A stretch of 64,000 nucleotides of DNA from an uncultured Actinomycetota bacterium (lineage in GTDB: Bacteria; Actinomycetota; Actinomycetes; Propionibacteriales; Nocardioidaceae), in NCBI GenBank assembly GCA_963778975.1, contig CAVZWM010000023.1, positions 127,356 through 191,355 of the forward strand, read 5' to 3'. The position numbers and the translations under genes were made by a program. The stretch's first letter is position 1. Each line of letters begins with the position of its first letter. Below the pieces are notes generated by a model. It was not told where the DNA came from and made no database searches. It was given only the letters and a program-made list of their open reading frames with translations. Below, one piece after another: positions 55,422 to 64,000 of this stretch.

Positions 55422-56544
55422 TCAGTCGGGGCGGCGGACCTGGGTGCGGCCGTCGTCGTCGCCCTCGGGGTTGCCCCAGTGGCCGGGCGCGCCGGGCTGT
55501 CCGCCGGCCGGCGGGGCGCCCCACTGACCGGGCTGGCCGGGCTGCTGAGCGTGGCTGCTGGGGTGCCTGCTGCGGGGGTGCGTCGGGCTGGCCCCACTGG
55601 CCGGGTGCGGACTGCGGAGCACCGTAGGACGGGTCGGGCTGCTGTGACGGCGGGGCACCCCACTGCTGGGGCATGCCCTGCGGCTGGCCCTGCTGCGGGG
55701 GCGCGCCCCAGGCGGCTCCTGGCTGGCCCCAGCCACCCTGCTGGCCCTGGTTCCACTGGGCCTCGTAGTTGCCGGGGACGTACTGGTTCTGGTTCTTCCG
55801 GCCGCCCCCGAAGTTGAGTCCCGAGCCCGCGACGGGCGCGGCGCCGTGGCCGAACAGGACGGGGTAGGTCAGGCCGGCGATGGCCGCGCCGAGCAGCGGA
55901 GCGAGGACGAACAGCCAGAGCTGGATGATCGCGTCGGTCCCGGCGAAGACACCGACGCCGATGGAGCGGGCCGGGTTGACCGAGGTGCCGGTCGCACTCA
56001 TGGACGCGAAGTGGATCATCGCGAGCGACAGACCGATGGCCAGCGGTCCCATCGCGGCGTTGATCTCGTTGCGCGCGTCGGTCACCGCGAGGATGACCCA
56101 GAGGAAGACCATGGTCATGATGGCCTCGAGCAGCAGCGCGGCCCACCAGGCGAAGCCGGTGCCCTGGTCGCCGAAGAAGTTCTGCGCCATGTTGCCCTCG
56201 GCGGTGAAGCCTTCGAACCCGTGGTTGAGGCCGAAGAGCACGGTGCCCGCCAGCAGGCCGCCGAGAAGCTGGGCGGCCATGTAGATCCCGACGGCGGTCC
56301 AGGGCAGGCGGCCACCGAGGGCCGCGCCCAGGGTGACGGCCGGGTTGAAGTGCCCGCCGGAGATGCGGCCCACGGCGTACGCCATGACCACGACCGTGAG
56401 GCCGAAGGTCAGGCCGGTCGCGACGTAGTCGCCTCCGCTGCGCATCGCGGCGCCACATCCGAAGAACACGAGCACGAAGGTGCCCAGCGTCTCGGCAGTG
56501 AACTTCTGACTGGTGGTGGGTGTGTCTTCGATCGTGTCGCTCAT
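55422..56544 (-). CDS. aqpZ: Aquaporin (MIP, AqpZ-like) with long Q/P/G/W-rich cytoplasmic tail (frameshift near 55545)
   Basis: AE.LGTF, SGGHFNPAVT and SVNPARS motifs; six TM segments; low-complexity tail. Confidence 0.88.
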
Positions 56545-56614
56545 GGCGCCCGTCCTCAGATCCTTGATGGCCTTACCCCGCGTAGGCCAACGGCACTCTA
56601 GCGGCGCTGAGTGA

Positions 56615-58940
<2,326 letters not shown>

Positions 58941-58990
58941 GACGTGAGCCGACTCGACGTGATCACGGGGTGACCTCCACCACGGACGGG

Positions 58991-59016
58991 TCCGCGGGGG
59001 GAATATCCCCCGCGGA
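58991..59016 (+). terminator. GC-rich hairpin after icd
   Basis: tccgcggggg(g)a-ata-tcccccgcgga; no U-tract. Confidence 0.55.
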
Positions 59017-59035
59017 GCCCGTCTTGGCCCAAGTG

Positions 59036-60271
59036 ATGACGACGACTGCAGACCCGACCCACCTGCCCCCGGACCTCGACACCCCGGCGGTGACGGCGCG
59101 CCACTTCGGCCTCGCCGTCCTGGCTCTCGCGATGGGTGGCTTCGCGATCGGCACCACCGAGTTCGTCACGATGGGGCTGCTGCCGCAGATCTCCGACGGT
59201 GTCGGCGTCTCCATCCCCACCGGCGGGCACGTGATCTCGGCGTACGCCCTCGGTGTCGTCGTCGGCGCTCCCGTGCTGGCGTTCCTCGGTGCCCGCCTGC
59301 CGCGGCGCGCCCTGCTGGCCGCCCTGATGGGTGCCTTCGTGGTCGGCAACGCCCTGAGCGCGCTGGCCACGTCGTACGACCAGCTGGTGGTGGCGCGGTT
59401 CGCCGCGGGGCTCCCGCACGGCGCCTACTTCGGCGTCGCGTCGCTGGTGGCCGCGAGCCTGGCACCGCCCTCGCGCAAGGGGCGTGCCGTCGCCCAGGTC
59501 ATGCTCGGGCTGTCCTTCGCCAACGTTCTCGGGGTGCCTGCGGCCACGCTGCTCGGCCAGGCGCTCGGCTGGCGCGCTGCCTTCTGGGCGGTGGCCGTGA
59601 TGGGCATCGTCACCCTGGCGCTCGTCGGCTGGTTCCTCCCGTCCGTCCCCGGTGACCCCGAGGCCAGTGGTCGCCGCGAGCTCGCGGCGTTCCGGCTGCC
59701 GCAGGTCTGGTTGACGCTGCTGGCCGGAGCCGTCGGCTTCGGCGGCATGTTCGCCGTCTACACCTACATCGCTCCGGTCGTCACCGACGTCGCCGGCCTG
59801 GGGGAGAAGGCGGTGGCGATCTTCCTGCTGTCCTTCGGGCTGGGCATGGTCGGCGGCACCTGGCTGGCCGGGATCATGGCGGACTGGTCGATCTTCCGCT
59901 CGCTGATCATCGGCGGGGTCGGCATGGCCGCCGCCCTGCTGGCCTTCTGGGTCGCCGCGCCCCACGGCTGGGCCGCGCTGCCCGTCGTCTTCCTCATCAC
60001 CGCCCTGGGCTCGGTGCTGGTGGTCAACCTGCAGCTGCGCCTGATGGACGTGGCCGGTGACGCCCAGACCCTGGGTGCGGCGATGAACCACGCCTCCCTC
60101 AACGTCGCCAACGCCCTGGGGGCGTGGCTCGGCGGGCTCGCGATCGCGGCCGGCTGGGGACTGCGGTCGCCCGCGCTCATCGGCCTGGTGCTGTCGCTCG
60201 CCGGCGTGGCGATCCTCCTCGTCTCGGCCCGGCTCCACGTGCGCGAGCGCGACGCCGTCCTGTCAACCTGA
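59036..60271 (+). CDS. MFS transporter (AraJ/DHA1-like)
   Basis: FAIGTTEFVTMGLLP, ISAYALG, GLPHGAYFG and LGWR motifs; 12 TM segments. Confidence 0.92.
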   Translation: MTTTADPTHLPPDLDTPAVTARHFGLAVLALAMGGFAIGTTEFVTMGLLPQISDGVGVSIPTGGHVISAYALGVVVGAPVLAFLGARLPRRALLAALMGAFVVGNALSALATSYDQLVVARFAAGLPHGAYFGVASLVAASLAPPSRKGRAVAQVMLGLSFANVLGVPAATLLGQALGWRAAFWAVAVMGIVTLALVGWFLPSVPGDPEASGRRELAAFRLPQVWLTLLAGAVGFGGMFAVYTYIAPVVTDVAGLGEKAVAIFLLSFGLGMVGGTWLAGIMADWSIFRSLIIGGVGMAAALLAFWVAAPHGWAALPVVFLITALGSVLVVNLQLRLMDVAGDAQTLGAAMNHASLNVANALGAWLGGLAIAAGWGLRSPALIGLVLSLAGVAILLVSARLHVRERDAVLST

Positions 60272-60373
60272 CGTTGCCTGGTGTTAACACGGCCGGAACT
60301 CCCGCGTAGCCCGGGTTTGGAACGATCCAACTCGGGGGTGGACCTGCCACCTGAACGATCCGGAGGTGTGGGC

Positions 60374-60532
60374 ATGGAAGAGAACTCGATCGACGCGGAG
60401 ATGGTGCGGCGCCGGCAGCTGCACGACCGCAACGTGCGCGACGTCGTCGGCCTGCTGGAGCGACGCAAGGACCTCAAGGGGATCCACCCGATGGCCGACC
60501 ACGTGGCGGAGAACTTCACCTGGCTCGTCTGA
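60374..60532 (+). CDS. Small hypothetical protein (52 aa)
   Basis: GGAGG RBS; host-like GC3 codon usage. Confidence 0.65.
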   Translation: MEENSIDAEMVRRRQLHDRNVRDVVGLLERRKDLKGIHPMADHVAENFTWLV

Positions 60533-60561
60533 GACGTCGGGGCGGTGCTCCGCGGTCATCG

Positions 60562-61741
60562 TCAGCGGAAGCCGGGCAGCGGCATCGGCGTCCACGTCGT
60601 GCCGTCGTCCGCGGAGCACCGCAGCTCGTCGACGATCCCCGCCTCGGCCACCAGGCACACGCGGTGCGAGACCAGGAACACCGAGTGGTCGTGCGCCGAC
60701 TGACCCACTGACGTGGCGTTGCCGTCGGTGTCCACACGGATCGTGGCATGCGATCCCGTCGTGAGGTAGGCCGTGCCCTCGTCGGAGACGGCCAGTCCGG
60801 ACAGGTCGCGCACGTCCGTGAGGCCACGACCGCTCGTCCAGGTCCGTCCCACGTCGCCGGACACGGCGACCTCGAGCACCGGCACTGAGCCGTCGGGTGA
60901 GTCGCCGAGCAGCGCGATCGCCACGCCGTCGTGGTGTCCGGCCATCGCCACGGCGGAGACGGGTCCCGTGGTGCGGGACGATGCGGCCGACGCGCCAGGT
61001 GTCGGAGCCGTCGGTCGACGACACCTGCAGGCCGCCCGGTGCGGGTGCGGTGGCGACGACCAGGTCCCCCGCCGGGGTGACGTAGGCGGCGAGTGCGTCG
61101 GACCCGTCGGGGGTCGGTACCGGGAGGAGCTTGTCGCCGCGGAGCAGGCGCCACCCGTCGGCGGTCTGCACGGCCGTGTCCCCGGCCATCACGTCGGCGG
61201 TGCCGGGGTCGTTGCCCGTGTCGTAGATCTGCGCCCGGTCACCCGCGGACGTGAGGCGGCTGGTCCCGGTGGCGTCCTCGACCAGCCAGCCGCCGGGCGC
61301 CGCCGAGAGCCGCGGCAGCGACGCCCCCAGGACAGCTCCTGCCACCCGGTCGCCGACGCGCGTGACCACGACCATCCGGCAGGGCTCGACGTCGCACCCC
61401 CGCCACAGGGCCGCCACGCCGCCGGACGAGCCGGCCACGCCGACCACGTCGAGCCGCCCGTCGTCGAGGACCGCCCGCACGTCGGCGGGCAAGATCGGGT
61501 CCACCTGCGAGGTGCCGTCCCAGGGGGTGGCGGGCGCCGGCGGGGCGGGCTCGGTCGATCGGTCGCCGGGACCGCCGACGGCGAGCGCCAGCCCGCCCAC
61601 GGCGCACGCGGCAGCGAGGCCGGAGGCGATCGTCGTACGACGTCGGCGGCGGGCCGCGGACGCGCGCGCCAGCACCTCGTCGAAGCCCGGGGGATCCACG
61701 CGCTCGGCGATCTCGACGTGGAGGTCGGTGGGCATTCTCAT
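60562..61741 (-). CDS. Putative anti-sigma factor: TM plus extracellular Asp-box/BNR propeller (frameshift near 60965)
   Basis: ATGA overlap with the sigma gene; RRRRR-TM; STDGSDTW, SGDVGRTW and SADDGTTW Asp-boxes. Confidence 0.75.
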
Positions 61742-62259
61742 CGGGCGCTCCGTTCGTGGGTGTCCGCCGGGTCGGGTTCGCCGAGCAGCAGGGCCAGCGC
61801 CGCGCGGCCCCGGGCCAACCGCGCCTTGACCGTCCCGGCGGGGGCGCCGACGGCTTCGGCCACCTCGTGGACAGGCAGGTCGGCCAGGTGGTGCAGCGCG
61901 ATCGCCTCGCGCTGGGCGGCGGGCAGCTGGCGCAGCGCCGCCAGCAGGGCGAGGCGGTCCTCGGGCAGGTCGTCGTACGACGCGGTCGCCGACGCCAGGC
62001 GGGGGGTGGCCGTGCGGAACAACCGCGCCCGCCGCCACCTGGTGCGGGCGACGTTGACGGCGACGGTGCGCAGCCAGGCCTCGGGATTGTCGGCGGCCAG
62101 GAAGGACCGGTGCGAGTTGACCGCCCGGGCGAAGGCCTCCATGACGACGTCCTCGGCCTCGGCCGGGTCGCCCGTGACGCCGGTGAGTTGGCCGACGAGA
62201 CGGCGGTAGGAGGCGGCGTACACCTCCTGCACACGGTCCACGGCGCTCGCGCGAGGCAT
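61738..62259 (-). CDS. ECF sigma factor (SigE-like)
   Basis: TGDPAEAEDVVMEAF, NPEAWLRTVAVN, LPAAQREAIALHH and GTVKARLARGR motifs. Confidence 0.92.
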   Translation of the reverse strand: MPRASAVDRVQEVYAASYRRLVGQLTGVTGDPAEAEDVVMEAFARAVNSHRSFLAADNPEAWLRTVAVNVARTRWRRARLFRTATPRLASATASYDDLPEDRLALLAALRQLPAAQREAIALHHLADLPVHEVAEAVGAPAGTVKARLARGRAALALLLGEPDPADTHERSAR

Positions 62260-62362
62260 GGCCCACCTTCCCACTCGTCGTCGGCTCTCACCAATGACGA
62301 CTCGTGGGGAGGCCGGTCGGTTGCATCCGCCCTTAGAGGGCTGGATCAATCGGGCACGCTGG

Positions 62363-63412
62363 TCAGAGGTAGCGCATGCCCATCGCGTCGCGCACCTCGT
62401 CGAGGGTGGTCTCGGCGACCTCGTTGGCGCGGTCGTTGCCGCGCTGCAGCACCTCGTGGAGGTAGCCCGGATCGGCCTCGAGCTCGGCACGGCGCGCACG
62501 CAGCGGCGCCAGCTCGGTGTTGATCGCGTCGGTGAGTCGCGACTTGAGGGCACCGCCGCCGCCGTCGCCGATCTCCTCGGCGACCGTGGCAGGGTCGCCG
62601 CCCTCGCAGAGCGCGATCAGGAGCAGCAGGTTGGCGACCTCGGGGCGGGCCTCGGGGTCGTAGGTGATGACCCGGTCGCTGTCGGTCTTGGCACCCTTGA
62701 GCTTCTTGGCCGTCTCGTCGGCGCTCATCCGCAGCTCGACGACGTTGCCCTTCGACTTGCTCATCTTGGTGCCGTCGGTGCCGAGGATCAGCGGGGCCTC
62801 GGAGAGGAGGGCGCCGGGCTCGGGGAAGACGGGCGCGTACCGGTCGTTGAAGCGTCGGGCGATGACGCGCGTCTGCTCGAGGTGGGGGAGCTGGTCGCGA
62901 CCGACCGGGACGACGTTGGCCTTGCAGAAGAGGATGTCGGCCGCCTGGTGGACGGGATAGGTCAGCAGCAGGCCGCCGATCGAGGTGATCCCGGCCGACT
63001 TGGCCTCGTCCTTGACGGTGGGGTTGCGCTGCAGCTCCGCGACGCTCACCAGGCTGAGGAAGGGCAGCATCAGCTGGTTGAGGGCGGGGATCGAGGAGTG
63101 CGTGAAGATCGTGGCCCGCTCCGGGTCGAGCCCGGCGGCGATGTTGTCGAGGAGCAGGCTGCGGACGCTGCCGGCGATGTCGCCGGCGACCTCGCGGTCG
63201 GTGATGACCTGGTAGTCCGCGATCAGCTGCCAGATCTCGACACCGCTGTCCTGCAGGCGCAGGCGGTTCTTGATCGAGCCGAAGTAGTGGCCGATGTGCA
63301 GCGAGCCGGTCGGCCGGTCGCCGGTGAGCATGCGCAGCGAGGCAGGATTCTCGGCCATCTGCTCCTCGATGGCGGCGCTGCGGGCCTGGGCTGCGCGGAA
63401 GGTGTCACTCAC
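62363..63412 (-). CDS. trpS: Tryptophan--tRNA ligase
   Basis: TGDRPTG, HIGH, YPVHQAADIL, VPVGRDQ and KMSKS motifs. Confidence 0.96.
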   Translation of the reverse strand: MSDTFRAAQARSAAIEEQMAENPASLRMLTGDRPTGSLHIGHYFGSIKNRLRLQDSGVEIWQLIADYQVITDREVAGDIAGSVRSLLLDNIAAGLDPERATIFTHSSIPALNQLMLPFLSLVSVAELQRNPTVKDEAKSAGITSIGGLLLTYPVHQAADILFCKANVVPVGRDQLPHLEQTRVIARRFNDRYAPVFPEPGALLSEAPLILGTDGTKMSKSKGNVVELRMSADETAKKLKGAKTDSDRVITYDPEARPEVANLLLLIALCEGGDPATVAEEIGDGGGGALKSRLTDAINTELAPLRARRAELEADPGYLHEVLQRGNDRANEVAETTLDEVRDAMGMRYL

Positions 63413-63470
63413 GGGGCGACCCTACTAAGCGCCTGTCCGCGGCCACGACCGGGTTATGTAGGGTCTTCGC

Positions 63471-63980
63471 GTGTCGACCATCGGAGTAGCCATCGCGATC
63501 CCGGAGCCCTGGGCCAGCGACCTCCAGGACTACCGCACCTCCATCGGCGACACCACCGCGGCGCAGATCCCGACGCACATCACGCTGCTGCCGCCGTTCG
63601 AGGTCGACGACGACGACATCCCCGAGGTCAGCGAGCACCTCGCCGCCGCGGCCGCGACCGTGGATCCCTTCACCATCCACCTGCGTGGGACCGGTACCTT
63701 CCGGCCGGTCTCGCCGGTGGTGTTCGTGACCGTGGTCGCGGGCATCTCCTCGTGCGAGCTGCTCGCCGACGCCGTACGTCGTGGGCCGCTCGCCGTCGAC
63801 CTGAACTTCCCCTACCACCCGCACGTCACCATCGCCCACCACCTCGACGACGACACCCTCGACCGTGCCTTCGACGAGCTGGCGGGCTTCGAGTGCTCCT
63901 TCGCCGCGGACACGTTCTTCCTCTACGAGCACGACGCCAGCGACGGGTGGGCCCCCACCCGCGCCTTCGGGCTCGGGTGA
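63471..63980 (+). CDS. 2H phosphoesterase (2'-5' RNA ligase family)
   Basis: Two HxT motifs: THITL and PHVTI. Confidence 0.9.
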   Translation: MSTIGVAIAIPEPWASDLQDYRTSIGDTTAAQIPTHITLLPPFEVDDDDIPEVSEHLAAAAATVDPFTIHLRGTGTFRPVSPVVFVTVVAGISSCELLADAVRRGPLAVDLNFPYHPHVTIAHHLDDDTLDRAFDELAGFECSFAADTFFLYEHDASDGWAPTRAFGLG

Positions 63981-63984
63981 CCTG

Positions 63985-64000
63985 ATGTCGCTGATCAGCA
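63985..64000 (+). CDS. Start of next gene (truncated by the window edge)
   Basis: ATG 4 bp after the stop of the 2H gene; only 5 codons visible. Confidence 0.3.

Noticed and set aside
55440-55800. Short repeats (ccccactg/ccccag) resembling an array
   Set aside because: They encode the WG repeats of the aquaporin tail. There is no fixed repeat-spacer period and no cas genes.
63471-63980. 2H phosphoesterase as an anti-defence (Acb1-like) or RNA-repair gene
   Set aside because: It sits at its usual chromosomal position beside trpS, with no phage or Rtc context.

Overview
High-GC actinobacterial chromosome segment. Gene content and order suggest Nocardioides/Nocardioidaceae (inference). From left to right: (1) malate synthase divergent from a purine-catabolic xdhABC-guaD operon. 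(2) An accessory stretch of about 7.5-33 kb with MMPL, two GDPDs, an acyl-CoA ligase and dehydrogenase, a matrixin protease, an SDR, a DUF222-HNH nuclease, an ANTAR protein, DinB, an F420 LLM enzyme and a SARP-BTAD-nSTAND1-WD40 regulator. (3) A PspC-type two-component locus. (4) The conserved actinobacterial backbone pcrA-M23-sucCD-DUF6350-purN-(ZTP riboswitch)-purH-folD-DUF3017-mdh-icd-trpS-2H phosphoesterase, with insertions (photolyase, a sigma-like membrane fusion, aquaporin, an ECF sigma/anti-sigma pair). About 19 genes, including sucD and icd, carry small frameshifts. These most likely reflect long-read indel errors rather than real pseudogenes. I saw no rRNA, tRNA, CRISPR array or transposase. 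The best candidate for an undescribed system is at 46.0-48.6 kb: a degenerate ECF-sigma-like domain fused through an anti-sigma-like TM segment to two tandem Cys-paired extracellular domains, followed by a lipoprotein with a similar domain. All family assignments come from motif recognition by eye, not from database searches.
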